In this document: piece after piece, positions 14,323-27,524 of the stretch
How positions within the stretch are numbered: the first letter of the stretch is position 1
Layout of the letters: every line of letters begins with the position of its first letter
NCBI GenBank assembly: GCA_964016885.1
Contig: OZ024752.1
Location: forward strand, 14,136,001 to 14,200,000
Direction: 5' to 3'
Source of the DNA: Eledone cirrhosa
Lineage: Eukaryota
DNA length: 64,000 nt
Notes under the pieces: model-generated
Told to the model about the DNA's origin: nothing
Seen by the model: only the letters and a program-made list of their open reading frames with translations
Database searches by the model: none
Made by a program: the position numbers and the translations under genes

Positions 14323-14738
14323 ATATTGTTATACTTTGGGAGGGTCTTGTTGCCAATAAGAAACACACGCACCAGTTCCTTTCACTTCAATTTATTATAA
14401 ATTTTATAAATTTTATAAATATAAATTTATAAATTTCCGGTTGGTTGGTTGGTTCCACAACCGGATGGTTGTTTATATATTGTCAAAGTTCTTTCGTCAC
14501 ACATTCTGTGACCTCTTCAGTGACTGGGATTTGTTCTTTGTTTTGTGCTTCTCATTTGTTCTGTCCTACGCCATCTTGTTTTTGAGATTGTTGTATGTTT
14601 GGTTTGCGCATGTGTTACATCCGAGTGTCTGTGTGTGTTTTTATTTGTTTATTTACATGTTACTAGTTAGTTGTTTGTTCTATGTGTGTGTGTTTTCATT
14701 TTGTCCGTAATTATAAGTTATGATGTTATTCCATTCAT
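14323..14738 (-). mobile_element. Solo PLE 3' end/pLTR of the 40.6-kb family, HHR at 14482-14524
   Basis: Colinear with 40601-41012; minus strand gtca-CTGAAGA-ggtcacagaatgtgtgac-GAAA-gaac-TT-tgac. Confidence 0.85.
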
Positions 14739-14826
14739 GTATAACGTAGAAGCTCTAACCCCACTTCAAGTGAATATAGGGAAGTAGCTGCATTTATGGA
14801 TATATCTTCTCCTGTGTGTGTGCATT

Positions 14827-14915
<89 letters not shown>

Positions 14916-15056
14916 ATATATATATATGTATAGATATATAGATATTTATTTATTAAAAAAATAACAGATTATTATTTAAGCAAAGAATCGCTCGCTGCTT
15001 TCACCCTTAACGGGATCTTCTACTTTATTTCTTATGGTGTTGTTTTCTCAAAGAAC

Positions 15057-15090
<34 letters not shown>

Positions 15091-15114
15091 TTTCGGCGAA
15101 AGCAGTGAGTGCGT

Positions 15115-15155
15115 GACTCTGATGATCGCTAACAGCGTGAAACAGACTGTTAGCT
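15115..15155 (+). ncRNA. Type I hammerhead ribozyme motif (weak stem I)
   Basis: CTGATGA(15119-25)-t-cgct-aac-agcg-t-GAAA(15139-42)-cagactg-TT-ag; enclosed by the inverted repeat tttcggcgaaag/ctttcgccgaaa. Confidence 0.6.
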
Positions 15156-15277
15156 TCTCTCCCTTCTTTCGCCGAAAAAAGTGACATAGTCGTCACTACT
15201 TTAAAACCGATAGCGTATGGTCTTCAAAATGTGTTTAATTAAACATATGGTATATTGCCAAATATACTATACATACA

Positions 15278-15607
<330 letters not shown>

Positions 15608-16090
15608 GTATATATTGAGTCAAAAACCCTCATTAGTCCTTTATAATGAAAGTAGCTCAAGGAAAAATATTTCGGGAGAGACAAACACACATATATACAT
15701 ATATATGCATTCATCACAAGGGATGTAAACCGCCAGGGTGTGGATAAAATGGTTGTAAAGACTCAATTAAAAGGATAAATTAAGACGGATGAATTAAAAA
15801 CCGATTATGATAACTATTAACACCCGGAGAGCTTTGGGTGGAACTGTTTTGCAGTTCAGTTAAGAGATTTAAAGATCCAGTGCTCTTCAATGGATGTTCG
15901 TATCAATAACCTCTCCACTACTAATTTCTTAAGTAGACAATATAATGCGCATGTGACAAGAGAGAGAAGACGTACATGGTGCTGCGTGCCGAGCAGGTCG
16001 AATAAAACCTAAGCTATTAAAAAATAGCAGCCATATCTATTCAACATATTCGAAGCTCAACAAAGGCGTAGGAGCTCAATTTATCAAAAG

Positions 16091-16675
<585 letters not shown>

Positions 16676-16715
16676 ATAATATAAGATCAAAAGATGGTTA
16701 AAGGAGTTCAATATA

Positions 16716-16782
16716 TTTTATTATGCGCATTTCAAAAACAAACATCATCAAACAATAATATTTGTGTTTTCATCAGATAAAA
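16716..16782 (-). ncRNA. Type I hammerhead ribozyme (inverted pLTR copy)
   Basis: Reverse complement of 19715-19781. Confidence 0.85.
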
Positions 16783-17591
16783 CAGGAGAACATGATATGA
16801 AGGCTAAAAAAAACACTTGTTGATAGTGCAGTTTTAAATCAACATATGAAAAGTGGTTTTAGATTGATGTGTGATATTGGGAAAAATATTTTATTTAGAG
16901 AGGGGGGGAGAGAAAAGGATGAAAAGGGAAGGAGATGAGAGGGAGAGATGGGTGATAGAGAGAAAGAGATAGTTTTTATAACAGAGAGGAGATATATTTT
17001 ATATAGAGGGGTTGAAAACCGTTGGAAGATACTGTATAAATTAAAAATTTTGAAAATTAACGAAGGGAGGATATGTGCGAGGAAAAAATATATTATATTT
17101 AGGGAGGGGTGGGGGTGGAAAGGATGAAAAAAAGGGGAGGAGATGAGAGTGAAGGTGGAAAGGGAGAGATGGGTGATAGAGAGAAAGAGATAGTTTTTAT
17201 AACTGAGAAAAAGATATAATGTTTTAATATAGAGAGGTTGGGAACCGTTGGAAGATAATGTATAAATTAAAGGAATTTGAAAATTAACGAAGGGAAATTA
17301 TGTATGGAGATAGAGAGAAAAAAATAACGAAGGGAGATTATGTATGGAGATAGAGAGAAAAAAAAATAATAATTGTGGGTGAATATTCAAAAGGAGAAAT
17401 GTAGGAATTTTAAAATTAGCAAAGAGAAAAAGTTTATGTATAGGATTTGAGAAAAATAATGTGAAGTTAGAGTTTTTATATTGAATTCATATGTCTTAAT
17501 AATGAGTTCGTTGATGGGGAGAAAAAAATAATAATAAATTAAGGATGAAATTGAGATTAAAAAGATTTATGATAGATACAAGATAGATACA

Positions 17592-18479
17592 AGACCTAGA
17601 TACAAAAACATAATCTGGTATAATGCTCCTTTCTCCATCTCTATTAATAACAATATTCCTAAATTATTTTTTAGTGCCTTAAATAAATGCTTCCCTCCCT
17701 CACATATCTATAGTAAAATATTTAACAAACACACCATTAAATTTTCGTATTCTACATCCTCCAATATTTCCAACATCATTTCTAAACACAACAACAAAAT
17801 ATTAAATACTAAATCTCTTCCTTCCAATATTGAATCTCATAATAACAATAATAGTACTCCTGACGTCATTGTAAACCCTAGGCTAACTTCTGTAAACCCA
17901 AATGCAACGTCAAACACAACTTCGCTAAATGTTCATAATCCAACTCTAAATCAAGAAACTATTATTCCTATTATTCCTATCGCAAACAACTTCTCCAATC
18001 CAATTCCTTCTATAGATAACACTAGATCACTCATTAATAATCTCTCTAATTGCAACTGCCGCATTAAAAATAAATGTCCTCTCAACAACCATTGCCTCGA
18101 TAAAAACTTAATTTATGAATGTAAAATTATAACTAGCACCAACTCCTTCACCTATTTTGGCTCCACTTCCACCTCTTTTAAAGCTCGTCTCTATAATCAT
18201 CATTCATCTTTCAAATACAAACTTAAAAGAACTAACACTGCTCTCTCAGAACTCATATGGTCCTTAAAAGACAAAAACATTAAATATAACATCTTTTGGA
18301 AAAAGATTTCTTCTGCATCCTCGTACTTGAACAGTTCTCTATCTAAAATCTGTAATCTCTGCCTAAATGAAAAATTTACCATTATCTCTAACCTAGAATC
18401 CATAATAAATAGACGCTCGGATTTGTTTTCCATCTGCCTGCATAAATTCCATAGAACTTTTCACAAAGTATACAGTTAA
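17592..18479 (+). pseudogene. PLE RT thumb/linker + GIY-YIG endonuclease, open but 5'-truncated (no ATG; absent from ORF track)
   Basis: Stop-free frame by hand translation: KNIIWYNAPFS...CFPPSHIYSKIFNKHTIKFSYS...CNCRIKNKCPLNNHCLDKNLIYEC...TYFGSTSTSFKARLYNH...TALSELIWSLK...CNLCLNEKFTII...ICLH, ending TAA at 18477-79. Confidence 0.9.
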
Positions 18480-18529
18480 TATTCAATTCTTTATCAATTT
18501 AGAATCTTTTCTCAAAGGCACATATACAT

Positions 18530-18970
18530 ACACCTCTTTAAAATATACCCATCTACCTTACTTTAAAGGGCATTATACACTCTATAGTACTCGTTTACTC
18601 ATTTACCTCATCTTATCTTCTCGTAAAACAATAACATTTGTTTTTGACATTTTGAATATTCATCCGCAATCATTATTATTTTTTTTTTCCCTCTATCATA
18701 AATCTTTTTAATCTCAATTTCATCCTTAATTTATTATTATATATTTTTTTAATATATACTCATATATTCTTTAAAATATACCCATCTACCTTACTTTAAA
18801 GGGCATTATACACTCTATAATACCCGTTTACTCATCACCCTCATTATATCTCCTCGTAAAACAATAACATTTGTTTTTGACATTTTGAGTATTCATCCGC
18901 AATCATTATTATTTTTTCTCTCTATCATAAATCTTTTTAATCTCAATTTCATCCTTAATTTATTATTATT
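18530..18970 (+). repeat. ~235-bp tandem duplication in PLE 3' UTR
   Basis: ctttaaaatatacccatctacc...catccttaatttattatt occurs twice. Confidence 0.85.
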
Positions 18971-19714
18971 TTTTTCTCCCCATCAACGAACTCATTATTA
19001 ATACATATGAATTCAATATAAAAACTCTAACTTCACATTATTTTTCTCAAATCCTATACATAAACTTTTTCTCTTTGCTAATTTTAAAATTCCTACATTT
19101 CTCCTTTTGAATATTCACCCACAATTATTATTTTTTTTTCTCTCTATCTCCATACATAATCTCCCTTCGTTATTTTTTTCTCTCTATCTCCATACATAAT
19201 TTCCCTTCGTTAATTTTCAAATTCCTTTAATTTATACATTATCTTCCAACGGTTCCCAACCTCTCTATATTAAAACATTATATCTTTTTCTCAGTTATAA
19301 AAACTATCTCTTTCTCTCTATCACCCATCTCTCCCTTTCCACCTTCACTCTCATCTCCTCCCCTTTTTTTCATCCTTTCCACCCCCACCCCTCCCTAAAT
19401 ATAATATATTTTTTCCTCGCACATAACCTCCCTTCGTTAATTTTCAAAATTTTTAATTTATACAGTATCTTCCAACGGTTTTCAACCCCTCTATATAAAA
19501 TATATCTCCTCTCTGTTATAAAAACTATCTCTTTCTCTCTATCACCCATCTCTCCCTCTCATCTCCTTCCCTTTTCATCCTTTTCTCTCCCCCCCTCTCT
19601 AAATAAAATATTTTTCCCAATATCACACATCAATCTAAAACCACTTTTCATATGTTGATTTAAAACTGCACTATCAACAAGTGTTTTTTTTAGCCTTCAT
19701 ATCATGTTCTCCTG

Positions 19715-19781
19715 TTTTATCTGATGAAAACACAAATATTATTGTTTGATGATGTTTGTTTTTGAAATGCGCATAATAAAA
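19715..19781 (+). ncRNA. Type I minimal hammerhead ribozyme
   Basis: ttttat-CTGATGA(19721-27)-stem II-GAAA(19764-67)-tgcgca (palindromic stem III)-TA-ataaaa; 6-bp stem I. Confidence 0.85.
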
Positions 19782-19905
19782 TATATTGAACTCCTTTAAC
19801 CATCTGTTGATCTTATATTATGCATACTCCAGTCCCACAAACTGTAGAGTGCTTCTTATCCGATATCTGCATTGCTTTATTGTACTACAATAAAACTCAC
19901 CTCCT

Positions 19906-19914
19906 ACATATATG

Positions 19915-19977
<63 letters not shown>

Positions 19978-19978
19978 G

Positions 19979-20023
<45 letters not shown>

Positions 20024-20024
20024 G

Positions 20025-20087
<63 letters not shown>

Positions 20088-20144
20088 GTATATATATATA
20101 AATATGTATATATATATATATATATGTATATATAGATATATATG

Positions 20145-20223
<79 letters not shown>

Positions 20224-20268
20224 GTATATATATATATGTATATATATATATGTATATATATGTATATA

Positions 20269-20338
<70 letters not shown>
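19906..20338. repeat. (TA)n array with periodic G interruptions
   Basis: Directly visible. Confidence 0.95.
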
Positions 20339-20340
<2 letters not shown>

Positions 20341-20650
20341 AACTAGTAAGACCCCGACAGCTGAGCTCAAGCCGTTCCGACGGCTAATTCTGGACTAAAT
20401 GAAAATTTATCCTGGTATTTAAATAGCCGATCTTCTCAAGGGGTAATTCCATATATCTAATTACCCCTTGAGAAGATCGGCTATTTAAATACCAGGATAA
20501 ATTTTCATTTAGTCCAGAATTAGCCGTCGAAACGGCTTGAGCTCAGCTGTCGGGGTCTTACTAGTTCCTATTACCCACTCTACTACCTCAAGTATTGAGT
20601 ACTTTGGTGCGTTATGGTCCACCTGGTTCCTTACCCCATTTCCTTCGTTA
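20336..20650 (+). mobile_element. Fold-back mini-element, U3A8-HHR family (palindrome 20336-20571)
   Basis: 113-bp inverted arms, 10-nt apex, ~80-bp tail, (TA)n on both sides. Confidence 0.88.
20463..20556 (+). ncRNA. Type I hammerhead ribozyme with U3-A8 covariant core
   Basis: acccc-TTGAGAA(20468-74)-ga(t)cggcta..tagccgtc-GAAA(20529-32)-cggc-ttgagctca-gctg-TC-ggggt. Confidence 0.7.
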
Positions 20651-20775
20651 TATATATATATATGTATATGTGTAAAAGGCAAACAGAAATAACCACACAG
20701 TCGGTACAGTCGGAAGGGATATATTAGGTTAATGCTTGATATAGTAGGAAGAGGGTCTTAACCATCAGTCGAAAG

Positions 20776-20833
<58 letters not shown>

Positions 20834-22167
20834 TAGCAAATAGCTCGTTGTTGCCAGTCAATTTTGACCATTGAGTGCCTTTCTTCAAGTTTATTATTTT
20901 TTTTATTCCATGTTAGCCCCTGGCCTCATCACCTGTTACATATTGGAACACAGATTTCACCAAATCTGACATGTTGTTTATGTGATGGGTTTCGTAAGAA
21001 CAACAGGGAAAAAATAAACCTAATTAAGAAATACAACTAATAGTAAGGTAATACTGATTTATTAGGAATGCCGGTATCCAGATTTATACATGAAAGGAAT
21101 TCTTCTCTTTCTTCAATATTGTCTGCTTTGATGGATAGGCTCCTTTCTCAGGCTGGCTGGCTGCATTGTTTGGAGCAATTTATCACTCCTCAATAAGCGA
21201 TATTTTTGTTTTTTCAATTTGATGCACATATGTACAGTTTGTTCTTATTTCCTACTCTTCAAATTTATTTTTGTTAGTAAAGTGAAATATAGTATCTTGC
21301 TCAAGTAGAAACAAGTATATTTGTTTAAAGCATTTGCATTTATCAATGTGTATATTTCAAAGAGCATAAATCGAACCTTTATCTCACACAAACTTCCCTG
21401 AGTGTGAGGTTTCTCTACAACTAGGTTATAGCAGGGCTGAACCACATTTATAGTAGATATTTTGACAAGAAGTAAAATGGTCGCTCTTGAAAACCAAGCC
21501 CTATAAATACCCCACCTTACACCATCCTACAATTTTAGGAAAAGTGGTACGTTGTAGGATTGCATCCCGCCGGCTGATTCATGAACTTGTGCTAAAATAT
21601 TGCAAACATGCCTGCAAGCCATGTTTGATACTGAACATGAAAAAGAAGTTCCTGATATTCGCAGAAGAAGCATGGATAATGAACAGAAGTACAACGGTGC
21701 CAAATTATAATCCACACAGTATCATGCCAGGAGGCATTGTTGAAAAAGAAATGAAGAATATACTGGACCGGTAATTAAAACATCCATGTTGACAGAACAT
21801 TAGGAAGCCATATTAAAGTTTGGAACTGCCGATATATAGCTATTTGACACTGGCACAAACACGAATTGGCAAATATGATATATGCATTAGCAAATTACCT
21901 GACGATTCTGGAACATGATGATGCTCCACATTGCAAATAGTAATAGAATGAATCTAGGAATAGTTCAGACTTCAATCTGACTTGAGTACTGTGGGAATAT
22001 ATGAATAACAAAGCTGCTGACAAACATACATTCAGCACAAAAAGCATTAGTGGTAGATATTAGAGTCGTATGCAATAGCCAAGTGTCACAGAAATAAGAC
22101 CAGGCCCTTATCATGGGTCATAGTGTTGAAGTGATTCTGAGAGCAAAATGTTGACACATTATATTAA

Positions 22168-22305
22168 GGGTCGGACGCCATGCTTTGACGCATAGAGTTA
22201 CGGCCCTTGCCATTCTGATTTCAAATCCCGCCGAGGGGTCGATAAAATAAAGTACCAGTAATACACTGGGTAATTCCTGGCCTTGTGCCAAAAGTAAAAA
22301 CAATT
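22168..22305 (+). mobile_element. SINE family A (5'-truncated, internal deletion)
   Basis: Matches the family consensus. Confidence 0.8.
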
Positions 22306-22320
22306 TTATTATCTATTTCT

Positions 22321-22490
22321 GAAGGCCCAGGGCTTAGTGGTTAGAGCATTGGGCTTGCAATCGAAATGTTGTGAGTTCGATTCTCGGATCGGGTGATGTG
22401 TCGTTACCTTGATCAATACACTTTATTTCACGTTGCTCCAGTTTAATCAGCTGTAGAAATGAGCTGCGAGCCTGCCAAATCAGTGGGTGA
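22321..22490 (+). mobile_element. SINE family B (5' part)
   Basis: A/B boxes, homologous to 12148. Confidence 0.8.
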
Positions 22491-22774
22491 CAGTAGTTCC
22501 AGCTGCCCGCATCGAAAGACTGGTGTAGTGGTTCTGAGAACAATGTGGCTTTGTAGATGATCAATTCAAATTGACAATGGAAATACGCTCCCGCTCAAGT
22601 TAGAAGAGAACTATTGATCTTCAGGAGAAGCAGCAACCCCTCATTGAATTCAGCAACCGAAACAAATGGTCCTAAGGGCAGCCCTGGTTCTTCTTATTTG
22701 CAAGTGTAATATATTTGTATGTATATATATTTATATATATATATATATATATATATTTGTATACATATGAATAT

Positions 22775-23645
22775 AATTAGTCCTTCATCAGTGATCTTCC
22801 AACTTTAATTGGTATTTCATCGCTTTAAAAATCATATACCTCTAGGTGGTGCGAGCCACCTAGAGGTATATGATTCATGGAATACTCGCACGCAGAAATT
22901 GACCACCACAGAATCCACTAAACACCTTTGGATTTTACCAACTTTTCAACCACCTCTTACGTAATCACCTATATAACTCACCCACACACACACCCCAAAC
23001 AAATTTTTTCTCCACACGCCACCTACACCCACAACACGCTTAAACCCCACACACACGTGTTTTCCACCACATATTTACACCCTCAGCCTCCTGATTCCTC
23101 TCCCCCCACTCCTCTATCCACACACGCACAGACACTCCGACCCCCCACCTACACACCTCTTCCTGAACATGCAACCCCGTTCTTCCCCCAACCCTTACTT
23201 TCACATACACACACACACACACGTACACCTACACACACACACCACCTTCAGCCCTCCCCACTGGACACCCCGTCTCCCTCTCCCCACTCCACCCGCCACC
23301 ACCCCTACACACCCACACCCTTCCACCACCTGTTTTACCCCCCTTTTAATTTCAGTTTATTTTGATCATGCTTTTATATTTAAATTTATTTCATTCCTTG
23401 TATTTTGATCATGCTTTATTTTTTATTTTTATTTTTAATTTCATTCGCACCGTTTCCTTTCGCTATATGTCTCTCCACCACTCCCCCACACACCCTTTGA
23501 ACTCTGTTCCCACACATTTCTCACCTGAGGAAGGGCCTATGCCCGAAACGACGTCCCCCACCAACACCCCACTCTCCAGAGCGTGAAATTAATAAACATT
23601 CGTTGTACTGCCTCTCTGTTTTGTCCCTGTTCAACTTTTTCCATT
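22775..23645 (+). mobile_element. Probable non-coding PLE-like remnant with hairpin (22830-22875) and HHR-like core (23525-23554)
   Basis: 20-bp perfect hairpin aatcatatacctctaggtgg/ccacctagaggtatatgatt; C/A-rich tract; CTGAGGA-a-gggc-ctat-gccc-GAAA-cgacg-TC then AATAAA; (TA)n flanks; stem I not evident. Confidence 0.45.
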
Positions 23646-24049
23646 ATATATATATATATTTGTATATATATTCATTAGTTAAGCAAAGCAAGACCACACA
23701 CTTCACAAGGAAGATATTATTAAAAGATTGTCAACATATTTTAGTTTGATGTAAGGAATGTAGAGAATAATAATAATAATATTAATAATAATTGTTTCTA
23801 CTTTAGGCAAAAGGCCAACAATTTACCAGTGCATTACTGGTACTTTATGTTATCGACCCCGTAAGGATGAAAGGCAAAGTCAATAATATTAAAATAATAA
23901 TGTCCGTTTACAATTGTTTCGCTACTCCATATATATATTGTATATATATATTTGTATATATATATATTTATATAATTATATATATATTTGTATATATCAT
24001 ATTATATATCCGATATATATATTTGTATATATGTGTGTATATATGTGTG

Positions 24050-24083
<34 letters not shown>

Positions 24084-24317
24084 AAGAGAGAGAGATACAA
24101 ATATTTATATGGTATATACAAATATATATATATATATATCATATGTATAATATGATATATGCAAATATATACATCATATATATAATATGATATATGCAAA
24201 TATATTCATCATATATATAATATGATATATACAAATATATATATATACATATATATATATATACACACACACAACTATATATATCATATTTTATAATATG
24301 ATATATACAAATATATC

Positions 24318-24349
<32 letters not shown>

Positions 24350-24497
24350 TATACACATACATAAATATATATATCATATATATAATATGATATATACAAA
24401 TATATCTATCGATCGACTTTCGTCAAATCGGACCGAGGAACTAATGTTTACATTGGTCTTTCCAATTGCTAATACTATCTATCGGACGCAACTCCAG

Positions 24498-24622
24498 GTA
24501 GAATGAGCAACGTGAAATAAAATGTCTTGCTCAAGGACATAACGCATCGCCCGGTCCAGGAATCGAACTCACAACCTTACGATTGCGAATCTAATTCTCT
24601 AACCACTCAGCCACACGCCTTC
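24498..24622 (-). mobile_element. SINE family B head
   Basis: Reverse complement of the family B 5' part. Confidence 0.8.
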
Positions 24623-24846
<224 letters not shown>

Positions 24847-25295
24847 TTAAGAATATTAATAAATGGAAAATATCTTCATAAAACCAGATTTATTTGATTA
24901 TACGTATTTCAAGGGTACTAATATTTAAGTACGCTTTAGTCAGATAAAATAATATATTTGCATATATATATATATATATGTGTGTGTGTGTACGACGTTT
25001 TTACAGATGCGCACTATATACTACACTCACCTTCCGTGGATTCCAACGACAAGGGCTGCTATTATGAATAAAACAACGGAACAGCCTGCTCATGAGAAGT
25101 AACAATCAGGTGATTCTGCAGAGAGATGTACGCTTATTGTTTTTCTGAAAGTTATTCAACATGAAATAAGGTTGGTCGCTTGAATTAAAATTACAACACG
25201 TTTTTTCCAGTTTAGTAGACTACAGTAATGTGTACTGAATTGTATCTCATAGATAATTTACATCATTTTTCTTGCTTCAACATTTTCCTCATAAT

Positions 25296-25512
25296 ATTGG
25301 TTTCTTATATAGGCACAATGGCAGCAATTAGGGGGAGGGGAAAGTCGATTAAATCGACAGCAGTGCGTGACTGGTATTTTATGTTATCGACCCCGTAAGG
25401 ATAAAAGGCAAAGTTAACCTCGGCGGGTTTTGAACTCATATCATATAGGGCCGTGACTCTTTGCTTCAAATCATAGCGTCCGACACTCTACCGATACTGC
25501 TAATCCACCGCC
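25296..25512 (-). mobile_element. SINE family A
   Basis: Reverse complement of the consensus. Confidence 0.85.
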
Positions 25513-26344
25513 CCACATTTTCCCATAATATTGTTTGTGGATTCGTGAGAGAAGGACGGAGGGAGAAGGAGCGCAGACGAAAAAGAGAGGGGGAGAACGT
25601 GCGAGTGAGGAAGGAAATAAATAGAGAGCTTAATAAATACATAGTGTTGTTTTTTGTTTTTCTTTGAATTGGAATATATAAGTTTAGAATCAGTATGTCA
25701 TAATTTCGAAAGAATTATAGCTGCAGCACAAATCTGGAAAAGGTAGAATCAATTCAGGAAAAAATCGGAAGTAGTTTGCACTCATAATCGTTGACATATA
25801 AGCAAAATAGTAGGCACTGGGCATCAGTGGAGCAGTTGGATATTGAAAAAATCCTCACCATTATCTCGGATGAATGGCGTAGTGAAAAGTAATCATTCTC
25901 AAAGTGTCTCCCTCCCTTCACTGATCTCTTGTTATAAGATATATCAGATCCGTGTATATCACTAATTATGTAATTTCAATATATAAAGCACTAAGGTTCT
26001 GTCATATACACTAACGAAGTTTTCTATATCTTACACATTTTTAGAGCCTTCGAGAAATACGTAGATAGAATATACGAAAATCATTGAAGGATGAAGAATA
26101 TTTATTTTCTCCGGCCAAAATGTTGAGACATTTGTCTTTACGCTGTCAGTGGCCTTCTCATTATCTTTCTTTACATATGTGCACATACATACACGCACAC
26201 GTTCACACAAACATGCCCTCACACACACACACGCATACATACACATGTTCAGAAACATTAGCAAAGAGCAAAACAAAAAAAGAAAAGAATAGCATGACTC
26301 TCAACTCACTATGGGGTATGATAGCATTTTACAATCCTTCAAGA

Positions 26345-26399
<55 letters not shown>

Positions 26400-26964
26400 T
26401 ACTAAAATTCTGTGATTGTTTGCTTGTTTGCTTGTATGTAATATAATACAACCAAAAGGGCGCATACTGGGAAAATACTTTGAAAGTAAGTTGCCCCTGA
26501 AATGGGAATACAAATGGAATAAAACAAATTTCACGTAAATCGGAGCACGTGTTTCCGAGATACGGGGGTTTTTCCTGGTACCTTCATTAATAGAGAGAGA
26601 AGGATAGAGAGAAAGAGATAGTAGTTGTGAGTGAGTAGATATATGTATATATGTGTGTATCACCGGCGTATATAGGTCACAAACACGCGCATATATATAT
26701 ATGAAAATATCAAAGGCATGTATTGAGTTAGAAACTCAAAATAGTCTCATTACAGTAAAGAAAGAGGTTTTTCCGAGCCGTATATTATAACTGAACAAAA
26801 AAGAAAAACGAACACAGACATATACATATATATGTTCAAATTGTAATGGACCAGAATCGCTAAGGTGAAAAAAATACTAACTACAGACAATAGGGTTTGC
26901 TAGACTCAATTTAAGAACAAATCAAGAAAAATAAATACAAACCATAATTGTGGTAACAACTGAA

Positions 26965-27045
26965 CGCCCGGACAGTTTTGATAAATCCGTTTCGCATTAG
27001 TATTTGTGAAAAGGAATACCAAAGTCTTAAGCTCATCAGTGGGTG
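26965..27045 (-). ncRNA. Type I hammerhead ribozyme
   Basis: Minus strand caccca-CTGATGA-gc..gc-GAAA-cggattt-atc-aaaactg-TC-cgggcg. Confidence 0.7.
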
Positions 27046-27443
27046 AAGAAATTAGTATCCTGATCACTTCTAAATTTAATAAGTAACTGGATAGTGTGTG
27101 TATATGTAACGGACATGGTTCCCGAACTTAGCGTGTCTCGCATACTCACGCCACTAAAAAAACAGCAGCCGATTTTACTCGAGATTTCAATTAGCTCGAC
27201 AAATTAACGGAGCCGAATATATCAAAATAGTCTCATTACAGTAAATTAGCTCTAAGAAAGTGTTTTTTTCGATCCGTATATTATAACTGAACAAAAAAGA
27301 AATACGAACACAGACATATACATATATGTTTTCAAATAGTAATGTATGCGAGACACGCTAAGTTCGGGAACCATGTGCGTCACATATACACACACTATCC
27401 AGTTTCTTATTAAATTTAGAAGTGACCAAGATACTAGTTTCTT

Positions 27444-27524
27444 CACCCGCTGATGAGCTTAGGACTTTGGTATTCCTTTTCACAAATAATATTGCGAAAC
27501 AGTTTTATCAAAACTATCCGGGTG
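27444..27524 (+). ncRNA. Type I hammerhead ribozyme
   Basis: cacccg-CTGATGA(27450-56)-gc..gc-GAAA(27496-99)-cagtttt-atc-aaaacta-TC-cgggtg; perfect 6-bp stem I. Confidence 0.78.

Larger units (their letters stand above)
16676..19821 (+). mobile_element. 5'-truncated Penelope-like element with ~901-bp inverted pLTR
   Basis: 16676-17576 is the near-perfect reverse complement of 18921-19821; GIY-YIG ORF in between; HHR in each arm. Confidence 0.92.

Noticed and set aside
13608-14372. Long YI/IY-rich ORFs (also 16-20 kb and 58-62 kb) and CV/HT-rich ORFs
   Set aside because: Translations of (TA)n and (CA)n microsatellites, which lack stop codons in some frames.
20832-22110. Possible Helitron/transposase remnant (also 55670-56580 and 39000-40340)
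   Set aside because: Only vague end-like motifs; no recognisable protein motifs in any frame I could read.
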